Origin: Selenomonas ruminantium
Lineage (GTDB): Bacteria; Bacillota; Negativicutes; Selenomonadales; Selenomonadaceae
Assembly: GCA_902785885.1 (NCBI GenBank)
Contig: CADAAS010000002.1
Location: 1 to 53,722, forward strand
Direction: 5' to 3'
Length of the DNA: 53,722 nt
Shown in pieces: positions 29,900 through 39,096 of this stretch. The notes under the pieces are model-generated. The model did not search any database. It was given only the letters and a program-made list of their open reading frames with translations, and was not told where the DNA came from. Each line of letters begins with the position of its first letter. Position 1 is the stretch's first letter. The position numbers and the translations under genes are program-made.

Positions 29900-30208
29900 T
29901 TATAAGATAAGCAGTTCTACGCCAAAGACTACCAGACAGCAGGCGGCTGCTACTTTGAACAGGCTGAAGCCCTTCCAGGCAAGGCCGATGCCGACAATGA
30001 GGGCCAAAAGCCCCGCATAGGGGCTGCGGGTGGCATCCATAATGGCGGGAAAAGTCATGACTGCCAATGTCACATAGGGAACGTAGAACAGAAATGACCG
30101 CAAAAATCGATTCTTGATGGGACGGCGGATGAGGGTGACGGGCAGTATGCGGATGGCCAGCGTCACCGCGCTCATAACAAGCAGGTAGATATAGATGTCG
30201 TGGTTCAT
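29900..30208 (-). CDS. azlD: AzlD branched-chain amino acid exporter small subunit
   Basis: VTLAIRILP, RSFLFYVPYVTLAVMTFP. Confidence 0.85.
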   Translation of the reverse strand: MNHDIYIYLLVMSAVTLAIRILPVTLIRRPIKNRFLRSFLFYVPYVTLAVMTFPAIMDATRSPYAGLLALIVGIGLAWKGFSLFKVAAACCLVVFGVELLIL

Positions 30209-30241
30209 AGTAAGAGTCCTTTCCTCATTTTATATGTATTC

Positions 30242-30270
30242 ATTGTAGGTGTGCGGCGGGGAATTGTAAA
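30242..30270 (-). promoter_or_regulatory. sigma70-type promoter directly upstream of azlD
   Basis: TTTACA-17 bp-TACAAT on the minus strand. Confidence 0.55.
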
Positions 30271-30425
30271 GAAAAAATAATAACACTTTGCCTGATTTAG
30301 GGATATAAAGAGAAAAGAACACAGTCTGCAGGCTGATGAAATAAAAATTGCTGATGGCAGGAGATATCAACACCTTGGGCGAAATATTTACAAGGTGTTT
30401 TTTATTAGGGAAGGGTGTGTTGAAC

Positions 30426-31376
30426 ATGAATAAACTATTGCCAATCAGATGGCTGTCTGTTTTGATTTTAGGCGTATTCCTGCTGCTGAGCGGAAAAAGC
30501 TGGGCTGCAGAATTTGAGCCGGTTTCTTATACGGCTTATACGTCGCTGTTCTGGCTGCGGGAGGCCGGTGTGCCGGAGGCGGCTGAATATGCCAAGGCTA
30601 CGGGCAAGCAGCATCTGTTGTTCACGGGGAAAATCAAGAATTTTTATACGCTGCAGCCGGTGAATATGCTCTACCATGAGATGCGTTATGCCGCACTCAA
30701 TCAGTATATCCGGCAAAATGGTTATAAGAATGTTATGGACATTGCCTGTGGTTTTTCCTCCCGTGGACTTTATATGGCACGGCATGGGATTCGGTTTGTC
30801 GGGGCGGAGTTCCCGGCTGTGGCAGTCTATGGCAACAATTATCTGAAAAAATGCCTGAAGCCTGATGAACTGAAGCTGGCTTCGTATGAAGTCGCAGATG
30901 CAACCGATAAGGAGCAGATGATGGCGGCGGCAGATTTGATGAAAGGACCTGTCTGCATTACTATGGACGGCCTGATGATGTATCTGACCCATGAACAGCA
31001 GGCCAGCGTCCTGCAGAATATCAAGGCTATTTTGCAAAAACATGGCGGCTGCTATATTACTACGGACTTTTCTGCCCGTGATTTTGTCATGGATGCATCC
31101 AAAGTGGTTTATGGGGAGAAACATGCCCGTGAAGTCTATCGTGAATCGGCCAAGGTCTATGAAGATATTGCGGATGCAGATTTTGATGAGAAGTTTTTTG
31201 CCAATGATGAAGAAGCAACAAAATTTATTGCCGCGCAGGGCTTAAAGGTGCAGCGCATTCCGTTGTTCAGCCAGCCGATAACGCTTTACAGCGAAAAGGG
31301 CTTGAATAAGCAGCAGCTGCAGCGGTTGGATAAGATGAAGAATGAGAAAATCGTATGGCTGATTACAATCGAATAA
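30426..31376 (+). CDS. Class I SAM-dependent methyltransferase (leucine-carboxyl-MTase-like) with N-terminal signal peptide
   Basis: MDIACGFSSRG motif I, AEFPAV, ADATD, DGLMMYL; N-terminus MNKLLPIRWLSVLILGVFLLLSGKSWA-A. Confidence 0.78.
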   Translation: MNKLLPIRWLSVLILGVFLLLSGKSWAAEFEPVSYTAYTSLFWLREAGVPEAAEYAKATGKQHLLFTGKIKNFYTLQPVNMLYHEMRYAALNQYIRQNGYKNVMDIACGFSSRGLYMARHGIRFVGAEFPAVAVYGNNYLKKCLKPDELKLASYEVADATDKEQMMAAADLMKGPVCITMDGLMMYLTHEQQASVLQNIKAILQKHGGCYITTDFSARDFVMDASKVVYGEKHAREVYRESAKVYEDIADADFDEKFFANDEEATKFIAAQGLKVQRIPLFSQPITLYSEKGLNKQQLQRLDKMKNEKIVWLITIE

Positions 31377-32980
31377 CGGATAAACACTTTGTTATGTCCT
31401 TGGAAACCTTCGCTCAGGCAATGGACTGGATAGAAGAATGTCTGAGCGGAGAAAAGGCGAAACCAAGGGAAATCTATGTGATGCAGCTCCTGGCAGAAGA
31501 AATCTTTCAGCGCTGTGTCAAACATGCGGAAGATTCGGCAACGTTCAGTATGAGCCTGTCCTGGAAAAAACGGTTTCATCGGGTGAGCCTTGTCCTCAAA
31601 GCAAAAGGGGAAGCTTATAATCCTTTGACGGTCATAGATGAAGACACGGAGGATGAGCTGATTGGCTATGCGATATTGGAGGCACATAAAAAGAAGCTGA
31701 AGTACACCCGCAGACGGTGGACACGGGAAAATGCAATCACCATCCGGTTGCGTGACCCGGGGCATCAGGAAGTGCGCAGAATTTTGTATGGTCTTGCACT
31801 GGGGGCTTTGACCGGAACCCTGTTGTATTTTTTCGCCGCTCCGGAGTTTAAAAATTGGTTGGAGAATATCATCATAGAACCGATACAGTCGATATTTATC
31901 AGTGCGCTGATGATGGCGATTGCGCCGATGATTTTCTTTTCGGTTATCTCAGGGATTTCCAGTATGTCCTATTCGACCAATCTGGGGCGTATTGGCTGGC
32001 GCGTGGTGATATGGTCGCTAATCAAATTAGGTTTTTTTGTGGCTGCCGGGATGCTGGCAGGGTATCTTTTGGGCGGGATGCCGGAACTGTTGACCACGCT
32101 CACGATTGATGAGGGGACCAGTCATGTTGCAGGACTCACGATTCATTCCCTGATTACGGGCATTGTCCCGGGAAATGTGATTTCGCCCTTTGCCAATAAC
32201 AACATCATGCAGACGTTGTTTTTAGCCTGCTTTTGCGGCGTTGTCCTCAATCGGATGGGAGAACAGCTGGATTGGGCCAGGGAAGGGGTAAATTTTATGA
32301 GCAGCTTTACCATGAATGTGGTTCAGACGGTAAGCTGCCTGCTGCCCTTTCTGGTGGGCATATCCACGGTCAAAATGGTTATGCAAATGGGGCCTGTGGG
32401 CTTGCTGGCTTATGGCTGGCTGATTCTGGTCATTGCGTTGGGGCTGCCGTTGAGTTTCATTGTATCGGCCCTGCTGGTTTGTCTCGTTTCCCACTGGCAG
32501 CCGTTGGCCTTTTTGCAAAAAACGGTGCGTTTCAGCGCATTGCCTTTTTCGAGCAGTAATTCCAGTGCCTGCCTGCCGGCAACGCTGAAATTTTGCACGG
32601 AAAAACTGGGCATGAATGAACGGATTGTGAAGTTTACGGTGCCGGTGGGCATGCAGTTCAATATGGATGGTACGGCCTATTATGTTTCCGTGATATCCAT
32701 GGTACTGGCCTGCACGTTTTCGGTAACGATTGATGCGGACTTTTTGTTTTCTTTGTTCTGCGTTGAATTCCTGATGGCGATGACCGGCGTGGGGCTGCTC
32801 GTTATGCCGCCGCTACTCGAAAGCATGGGGATTCCGGGAACGGCAGTCATGCACTTTATCGGGATTGAGCCGATTATTGATATGCCGGGAACTGCGCAGA
32901 ATGTGGTGGGGGATATTACCTCGGCCTTTCTGGTGGCACAACAGGAAGGGCAGGTGGATGAGGCCGTTTATCATTCCTAG
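31355..32980 (+). CDS. Dicarboxylate/amino acid:cation symporter (DAACS) fused to N-terminal RsbW-like domain
   Basis: PMIFFSVISGI, SSSNSSACLP, NMDGT, NVVGD; N-terminal ~130 aa with LLAEEIF...GEAYNP...GYAIL pattern. Confidence 0.85.
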   Translation: MADYNRITDKHFVMSLETFAQAMDWIEECLSGEKAKPREIYVMQLLAEEIFQRCVKHAEDSATFSMSLSWKKRFHRVSLVLKAKGEAYNPLTVIDEDTEDELIGYAILEAHKKKLKYTRRRWTRENAITIRLRDPGHQEVRRILYGLALGALTGTLLYFFAAPEFKNWLENIIIEPIQSIFISALMMAIAPMIFFSVISGISSMSYSTNLGRIGWRVVIWSLIKLGFFVAAGMLAGYLLGGMPELLTTLTIDEGTSHVAGLTIHSLITGIVPGNVISPFANNNIMQTLFLACFCGVVLNRMGEQLDWAREGVNFMSSFTMNVVQTVSCLLPFLVGISTVKMVMQMGPVGLLAYGWLILVIALGLPLSFIVSALLVCLVSHWQPLAFLQKTVRFSALPFSSSNSSACLPATLKFCTEKLGMNERIVKFTVPVGMQFNMDGTAYYVSVISMVLACTFSVTIDADFLFSLFCVEFLMAMTGVGLLVMPPLLESMGIPGTAVMHFIGIEPIIDMPGTAQNVVGDITSAFLVAQQEGQVDEAVYHS

Positions 32981-33006
32981 TTAAATTAACATCGTAGTAT
33001 AAAGGC

Positions 33007-33087
33007 GCCCGTGGGGGCTGACCATATTTTTCTTCGCTGAGACAGGCTTGTCAAACGCTACGAAAAACACGGTCAGCCCCCACGGGC
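33007..33087. repeat. Palindromic element with perfect 17-bp arms (REP/MITE-like)
   Basis: GCCCGTGGGGGCTGACC...GGTCAGCCCCCACGGGC with partly paired 47-nt interior. Confidence 0.75.
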
Positions 33088-33195
33088 TTAGTATGATATA
33101 ATTGCTCCGCCGTAGACACAATTGTTAAAAGCTGCGGAAAAGCATTACCGGCCTCATGGGCTTATTACGATACACATTTGCTTCGTTTTCGTTGT

Positions 33196-33915
33196 TTATT
33201 CTTTTACCGGGTGCAGGATGGCGCCTATGGCGGCGATGGCTACGGTCAGGATAATCGTTCGTGTGCCGCTGGACAGGTCGCTGATTACAGGCAGGTGGGC
33301 GCAGGCGAAGCTGGCGATGAAGCTGATGGCGACGAGGGCGCCGATAATGCGGTTGTCGCGGGCAGGGGGGATGATTACCCAGATGAACATGCCGAACAGG
33401 GCTACGCTCAGGGCGCTGACGGCGGCTACAGGCAGGAGGTTGCCGGCCATTACGCCGAGGGCGGTGCCGACAGACCAGCCCGGCAGGGCCAGGCTCATGG
33501 CGCCGTAATTGTAATAGGGATTCAAGGGACCTTTTCGCGCGATGGTGATACCGAAGATTTCATCGGTGATATCGAAGCCGACCAGTACGCGGTGGAGAAT
33601 GTTGGTATCCGGGGCGAATTTTTGGCTGACTACGCAGCTCATCAGGAGGTAGCGGGCGTTGGCCACCAGCGTCATAACCGCCAGTTCCAGATAGGGAGCA
33701 TCGGCGGCAATGATGGTAAAGGCGGCGTATTCGCCTGCCGAGGCGTTGTTGAACAGGCTGGCCAGGAATCCTTCAAAGGGCGTGAGCCCTGCATTGCGGG
33801 CGGCAATGCCCAAGGTAAAGGCTACTACGAAGTAGCCAAGGGCGATGGGAAAGCCGTCGTGCATTCCGTCTACAAAAGCCTCCCGGCGAGGTGAGTCTGT
33901 GGTCGTCAGTGTCAT
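33196..33915 (-). CDS. azlC: AzlC branched-chain amino acid exporter permease
   Basis: PIALGYFVVAFTLGI, ASAGEYA, ANARYLLMS, DITDEIFG. Confidence 0.9.
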   Translation of the reverse strand: MTLTTTDSPRREAFVDGMHDGFPIALGYFVVAFTLGIAARNAGLTPFEGFLASLFNNASAGEYAAFTIIAADAPYLELAVMTLVANARYLLMSCVVSQKFAPDTNILHRVLVGFDITDEIFGITIARKGPLNPYYNYGAMSLALPGWSVGTALGVMAGNLLPVAAVSALSVALFGMFIWVIIPPARDNRIIGALVAISFIASFACAHLPVISDLSSGTRTIILTVAIAAIGAILHPVKE

Positions 33916-33929
33916 AAAGTCCCTTCTTT

Positions 33930-35258
33930 CTAATCTTCTGATTCGGCATAGCGTTTAGCCAGCAATTTATGCACATTATCCTGCTTGCGCCGTTCAATCT
34001 GGCGATGGATAAAGATATTGGGAATCGCCACACCTACGGCAATGCCGATGATGATGGTGACGGCATTGATGCCGCTTCGCAGGCTGATGAAAAATTCCTC
34101 GGTCGTGATGAAGTCAAGGTTCAGCAGGGCAAAGAGCAGGCGGTAGAGCAGTACCCCGGGAATCATGGGGATGGCCGAGGGAATGGTGATGACGATATTG
34201 GGCGTATGGAACCAGTGGATGGCCTTTAAGGCAATAAGCCCGACCACGGCAGCACCCAAAAACGAACCTGCTGTTTGTGAAAAGCCAAACTCCAGTACCA
34301 CGATATTGCGAATTAGTACGGTGATGATACCGCCCACCGCTACTACGGGGAGAATCCGGGGCGGGACATTGAAGATGATGGAAAAGCCTACGGCACCAAT
34401 GGCGGCGGCTATTGCCTGGGAAAAATACACCGTGTCCGGCGTCAGCTGCACGCTGGTAAAATCCGTTACGCCACAGAGCCGGATGGCAATTACGATGCCA
34501 AACGTCATGCTGCTGACGACCAGTACCGTATGCATGGCACGGGTCATGCCTGCTACGATAAAGTTGTTGAGCAGGTCGTCAACGGCGTTAATCAGCGGTA
34601 TCCCCGGCACGAGGAATAAGGTGCAGGCAATCAGGGGATACCAGTTGAGTCCGCCGGTCAAAAACTGGGTGCTCCAGGCCAAAATGGTCGTTATAAAGGA
34701 GGTAATGGCGATGGTGGCGTAGGTGTTAAAGGCATACGCCGTGCAGAGCCGTCGCACATAAAAGCCCAGCAGGGAGCAGATAGTCGTCAGGAGAAAATCC
34801 AGCCAGCTGCCGCCAAAGAGCTTGCAAAAGCCGCCACAGGCCGCGCCGGCCCCTAAGGCGGTCAGCCATACCGGATAAGCCCGCGGCAGATTGCGGATAT
34901 TGTTCAGCTGCCGCCGAAAGGCCTCCAGGCTGTAGTTTTGTGCCAGTGCCCGCCAGGTCAGCTTGCTGACAGCCGACAGGGTGGTCATATTGATTCCATG
35001 TTTTTGATACTTGCAAAATTCGGTATAGGAGTGACGGCTGTCGCTGACATTTAACATCAAGGTCGTGTAGAGTACATGCTGATGCATATGCTCGCTGTCA
35101 ATGCCCATAAAGGCAGCTGCCCGCCGCATATCCCGTACGGTGCGGTCGCTGTCCGCGCCGTTTTCCATTAACAGTGCGCCCGTCTGCAGAAGCAGGTGCA
35201 GCTTTTCGCCGATTTCTGCAAAGGGCTTGTTTAGTATCTCATCCTTGTCGTCACTCAA
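33930..35258 (-). CDS. Threonine/serine exporter (fused ThrE + ThrE_2)
   Basis: LLMENGADSDR, FCKLFGG, LVPGIPLINAVDDL, IPMIPGV; TTG start after GGAAGGG. Confidence 0.88.
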   Translation of the reverse strand: MSDDKDEILNKPFAEIGEKLHLLLQTGALLMENGADSDRTVRDMRRAAAFMGIDSEHMHQHVLYTTLMLNVSDSRHSYTEFCKYQKHGINMTTLSAVSKLTWRALAQNYSLEAFRRQLNNIRNLPRAYPVWLTALGAGAACGGFCKLFGGSWLDFLLTTICSLLGFYVRRLCTAYAFNTYATIAITSFITTILAWSTQFLTGGLNWYPLIACTLFLVPGIPLINAVDDLLNNFIVAGMTRAMHTVLVVSSMTFGIVIAIRLCGVTDFTSVQLTPDTVYFSQAIAAAIGAVGFSIIFNVPPRILPVVAVGGIITVLIRNIVVLEFGFSQTAGSFLGAAVVGLIALKAIHWFHTPNIVITIPSAIPMIPGVLLYRLLFALLNLDFITTEEFFISLRSGINAVTIIIGIAVGVAIPNIFIHRQIERRKQDNVHKLLAKRYAESED

Positions 35259-35413
35259 AATATCCCTTCCCTCTCCAAAAGTGTAAACATGATTGTAAAT
35301 GTATGTAAACTATTGTAGGACAGTGCTGGATAGATGTAAAGGTTTTGAGGGAGGAAAAATTGTGATAGAATGAATACGACTATAGATGAAATTTTAACCT
35401 AAAGGAGAAGCTT

Positions 35414-36175
35414 ATGGAGTTTTTGGATGCGGGAACGCTGGCCTTTTTGCTTTTTTTTGGCTTTATGGCGTCCTTTATTGATTCAGTGGTGGGCGGCGGT
35501 GGCCTTATTTCCGTGCCGGCCTTGCTTTGGACGGGCTTGCCGCCAGTTCTGGCCTTGGGCACCAATAAGTGCGCGGCGGTCATGGGCAGCTTTACCAGTT
35601 TTATCACCTTTGTGCGCTCGGGAAAGGTGGACGGCTATCTGATGCGGCGGCTGTTTCCGCTGTCCTTTATTGGTTCCGCTTTGGGCGTGTTTACCGTGCA
35701 GCTCCTGCCGCCGGAAATCCTGCGCCCGCTGGTGGTCGTCATGCTGATAGCCGTACTGCTCTACAGCATTTTCAAAAAGGACTGGGGCAGGGAAAATAAA
35801 TATGCAGGGCTGTCCACAAAAATGCTGTTACTAGCAGGATTGGTGGCGTTTTCACTAGGCTTTTACGATGGCTTTTTCGGGCCCGGTGCGGGTTCGTTTA
35901 TGCTTTTTGGCCTCCTGATGGTTGGCTTTGATTTTTTAGGTGCTGCGGCCAATGCCCGAACGCTTAATTTTGCCAGCAATATTTCGGCGGTGATTTTCTT
36001 TGGCTATTTTGGGCAGATTGACTTTGCCCATGCGATTCCCATGGGCATTGCCATGATTGCCGGTGCTTACTGCGGTGCAAATATGGCACTCAAAAAGGGC
36101 GTCGGTTATGTACGCCCTTTGTTTATCGCTATGACCACCGTGCTTATCGGCAAATTGGTGTGGAGCTTGTTTTAG
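35414..36175 (+). CDS. TauE/SafE (TSUP) family transporter
   Basis: FIDSVVGGGGLISVP, ALGTNK, GFYDGFFGPGAGSF, NFASN. Confidence 0.92.
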   Translation: MEFLDAGTLAFLLFFGFMASFIDSVVGGGGLISVPALLWTGLPPVLALGTNKCAAVMGSFTSFITFVRSGKVDGYLMRRLFPLSFIGSALGVFTVQLLPPEILRPLVVVMLIAVLLYSIFKKDWGRENKYAGLSTKMLLLAGLVAFSLGFYDGFFGPGAGSFMLFGLLMVGFDFLGAAANARTLNFASNISAVIFFGYFGQIDFAHAIPMGIAMIAGAYCGANMALKKGVGYVRPLFIAMTTVLIGKLVWSLF

Positions 36176-36726
36176 CCTTCCCAGCGTGGGAATAAATCGG
36201 CATCAATGCCAAGCTGGTCGCAGATTTTGCCCACCAGCATATTGACGAGGTCGTCGATGGTCTGGGGACGGTGATAAAAGCCTGGGGATGCCGGGACGAT
36301 TTTTACGCCCAGTTTTGCTAGTGTCAGCAAGTTATCCAAATGGATGGCATGCATGGGTGCTTCACGCGGAACGAGGACAAGCGGGCGCCCTTCCTTCAGC
36401 ATGACGTCAGCGGCCCTGGCCAGCAGGTTATCCGAAAGGCTGTGGGCGATGCAGGCAGTCGTCTTCATGGAACAGGGCAGCACGACCATGGCATCGGCCT
36501 TGAAGGAACCGCTGGCGATGGCGGCGCCAATGTTGGCGTTGTCGTAGAGTACATCCACCCGATTTTTTATTTCTTCGCGGGAGACGTTGCATTCATAGGC
36601 CAGTACCTGCCAGCCACTGTCCGTAACCACGCCATGAACTTCATGGCCGAGCTTTTTTAGGACGTCAATCAGTCGCAGGGCGTAAATGCTGCCGCTGGCC
36701 CCGGTTACTCCGACTACTATTTTCAT
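36172..36726 (-). CDS. ubiX: Flavin prenyltransferase
   Basis: GVTGASG, IASGS, PCSMKT, RAADVMLKE, LVPRE, PGFYHRP. Confidence 0.93.
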   Translation of the reverse strand: MKIVVGVTGASGSIYALRLIDVLKKLGHEVHGVVTDSGWQVLAYECNVSREEIKNRVDVLYDNANIGAAIASGSFKADAMVVLPCSMKTTACIAHSLSDNLLARAADVMLKEGRPLVLVPREAPMHAIHLDNLLTLAKLGVKIVPASPGFYHRPQTIDDLVNMLVGKICDQLGIDADLFPRWEG

Positions 36727-36901
36727 AAATCAGAACCTCTCTAAAATCATAATCTTTATTTGCATAATTATAACGCCGCAGTTCCTGTTTTGCTATAGGA
36801 AAAATAGGAGCAACGGATTTTATGTGGATGAAGGAAACATTCTTGATTTTTCTGTACATCAACAGTAGGATGTGCTAAAATTAAAAAAAAATTAAAATTT
36901 A

Positions 36902-36928
36902 GCAGGAGATTACAGGGGGGCGTAGAAT
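36902..36928 (+). promoter_or_regulatory. sigH-like promoter upstream of exported-protein cluster
   Basis: GCAGGAGAT-N14-GAAT matches the Bacillus sigma-H consensus; similar motifs at 17293, 27506, 30357, 52843. Confidence 0.5.
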
Positions 36929-36991
36929 TCTATCCTCATGGTGAAATTTATTCACATGCTAGAGTTTTAGAGTTTTATGGAGGGATGATCT

Positions 36992-37780
36992 ATGAAGAAG
37001 AAAAATCTGCTGGCAGCTGTGGGAATGGCTGGTGTATTCGCAGTATCAGGCGCTTTTATGCCGGGTGTTACTGGGCATGGCTTCATTGGGGCATCTGTGG
37101 CAGAGGCTGGCTTTGGCTTAGGTGATATTGGTGGTGCTGTCAAGGGAGAGGCAAAGAAAGCTGCTGCCAAGGCCTTTCATGTGGATCTTGATGGCATGCA
37201 GGATAAGCGCCAGAATATGATGTTGAATCTTTATAGGGCTGCTGTTTGTTATGGGTACGCTTCGGCAAATGTGCAGCAGGCGCTAGGCCTGGGGGATGGC
37301 GGCGCGAAAGCAAAAGCTGCGATTAAACAGGCTGCAAGCAGCAAGACCAATTTGGGCTCCATCACATCTGTAGTTGATTCCTCGAAAGTTGATGCTAAGC
37401 TGATTGAAGGAGCTGCAAAAAAATTGCTGGATAGTGGTGATGCTGCCAAGATTCAGCAGGCCAATGGATTGTTGCAGACAGCTAAAACGCAGCGTAAAGC
37501 AGCCAATATTTATAAAATCCTAGCTGCACGTGATGCAGTGTCGATTGTCAAGGATGCTGGCACAGCAATGGCAAAAGGTGGCGACAGTATTCAGGATAAA
37601 ATGGATATTATAAAGGATTTGTCTTCTGTGGCTAAAAATGCCGAGTCATTGACGAAGGTTATTGGAGCACAACATAAAGGCATGTCTGGGGCATTAAAGA
37701 CATACGAGAAAAAACAAAATATTAATGATGTTAGTGATGAGCAAGCAAAAAAGGAAGCATCTAGCTGGACTGAGGGTTGA
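36992..37780 (+). CDS. Exported Ala/Lys-rich helical hypothetical protein
   Basis: GGAGG RBS; long signal peptide ending AEA-G; no recognisable family. Confidence 0.8.
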   Translation: MKKKNLLAAVGMAGVFAVSGAFMPGVTGHGFIGASVAEAGFGLGDIGGAVKGEAKKAAAKAFHVDLDGMQDKRQNMMLNLYRAAVCYGYASANVQQALGLGDGGAKAKAAIKQAASSKTNLGSITSVVDSSKVDAKLIEGAAKKLLDSGDAAKIQQANGLLQTAKTQRKAANIYKILAARDAVSIVKDAGTAMAKGGDSIQDKMDIIKDLSSVAKNAESLTKVIGAQHKGMSGALKTYEKKQNINDVSDEQAKKEASSWTEG

Positions 37781-37802
37781 TTGAATAAATGCCGTGAGTC
37801 GG

Positions 37803-37836
37803 CAAGGAGCGGCATTAGTCGCTCCTTGTTTGTTTT
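37803..37836 (+). terminator. Internal terminator after first cluster gene
   Basis: CAAGGAGCGGC-ATTA-GTCGCTCCTTG-TTTGTTTT. Confidence 0.75.
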
Positions 37837-37852
37837 ATGGGAGGTGGAGAGT

Positions 37853-39076
37853 GTGTCGCAAATTAATAGAGGGCTAAAAAGGGTAATAGTGGGGGCATTC
37901 ACTATTATGTCATTGGCTGCTATTTTTACCATGTCTGTTTTGGAAGCGGCAGAAAAGCCGGAGGTCCTTTGTGCTGACGAAGTATTGGTTGTCAATAAGG
38001 GAACGAATCGTTTGTTTTTGCTAGGCAATACGCGCAAACGGATACAGGAAGCTATAACGGCTAAAATCGCAAGTGAAGAAATGGCAGGCTCATTGCCCTT
38101 TAAGGTAAAACAAGCTGGAAGCTATGAATATGAAGGCGTAATGACTGATGTGGATGCTCAAGTGCCAGTGGCACTTATACCATTGTCGATAATTTCGGAT
38201 ACGTTGGATTCAAGTTATCAGCTAAAGGACAAAACTTTATATAAATCAGTAGTGGTAGGAAGCCTTTACTTGGCAATTTGTCGAGGCGGGAGCACGGCTA
38301 ATAATTGGACTATGGTAGGCGCAATACCGGTTAGTGGCTTTGACCCTGTAAGCTTGGGGGGAGATATAAACAAGCCATGGCTAGTGCAGCCGTCAGATAC
38401 ACAAAAAGCAGATGTTTATGCGACCATGATGGAAAAATTGATACGCGAGAAACTGGACCTTAGCCAGTTAAAAACCTATTTAAAGAATATTAACCAACCG
38501 ACCAATGATACTTATGAAGTGGTTGATGTGTCTATGAGTGCAAAACGGGCACCGGAGATTTTTGGGAGCCAGCGCGAAACGATAAAAGCGTTGATGGGCA
38601 GTCTTTATAGTGCCAGGTTCCAGGAGACAAGCAAAAAAATAGTCTATCCGCCGATTACTATGATGGGACAGAAAGTGGGCAATGCAGATAGGACCAATGA
38701 GGGGAACAAATCTGTAGCTGATGACGTTTCGGATAGTATCTATTCCTTGACTGGTGGCTATTCAACTTCTGGAGCTACGATGACCTTGACTGTACCAGAG
38801 CCTGCACATAAAATCAGGCTTAATTTTTCGGGGGCAGTTTGGAAGGAGTTGCCAAGCAAGAAAGAATCCCTAGCTGTAAAAAATATGGGATATAAAGCAT
38901 GGCTTAGAAGCCAGGTTGATGGCCAGGCAGAAAAAGTGGCTGATGATGTAAAAGCGGTACAATATATTTTGCCAGAATCGGGGTCTATTGCGGCGGCAGA
39001 GAAGGAACAGCTGCCGGATATTTATACGGAACTATTGATAAGGCTGGCAGATAGATTGGCCACACAGAAAAAGTAA
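37853..39076 (+). CDS. Exported hypothetical protein
   Basis: GTG 37853 after GGAGGT; signal peptide ending LEA-A. Confidence 0.75.
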   Translation: MSQINRGLKRVIVGAFTIMSLAAIFTMSVLEAAEKPEVLCADEVLVVNKGTNRLFLLGNTRKRIQEAITAKIASEEMAGSLPFKVKQAGSYEYEGVMTDVDAQVPVALIPLSIISDTLDSSYQLKDKTLYKSVVVGSLYLAICRGGSTANNWTMVGAIPVSGFDPVSLGGDINKPWLVQPSDTQKADVYATMMEKLIREKLDLSQLKTYLKNINQPTNDTYEVVDVSMSAKRAPEIFGSQRETIKALMGSLYSARFQETSKKIVYPPITMMGQKVGNADRTNEGNKSVADDVSDSIYSLTGGYSTSGATMTLTVPEPAHKIRLNFSGAVWKELPSKKESLAVKNMGYKAWLRSQVDGQAEKVADDVKAVQYILPESGSIAAAEKEQLPDIYTELLIRLADRLATQKK

Positions 39077-39096
39077 CGATATCAAGGAGTGACAGG

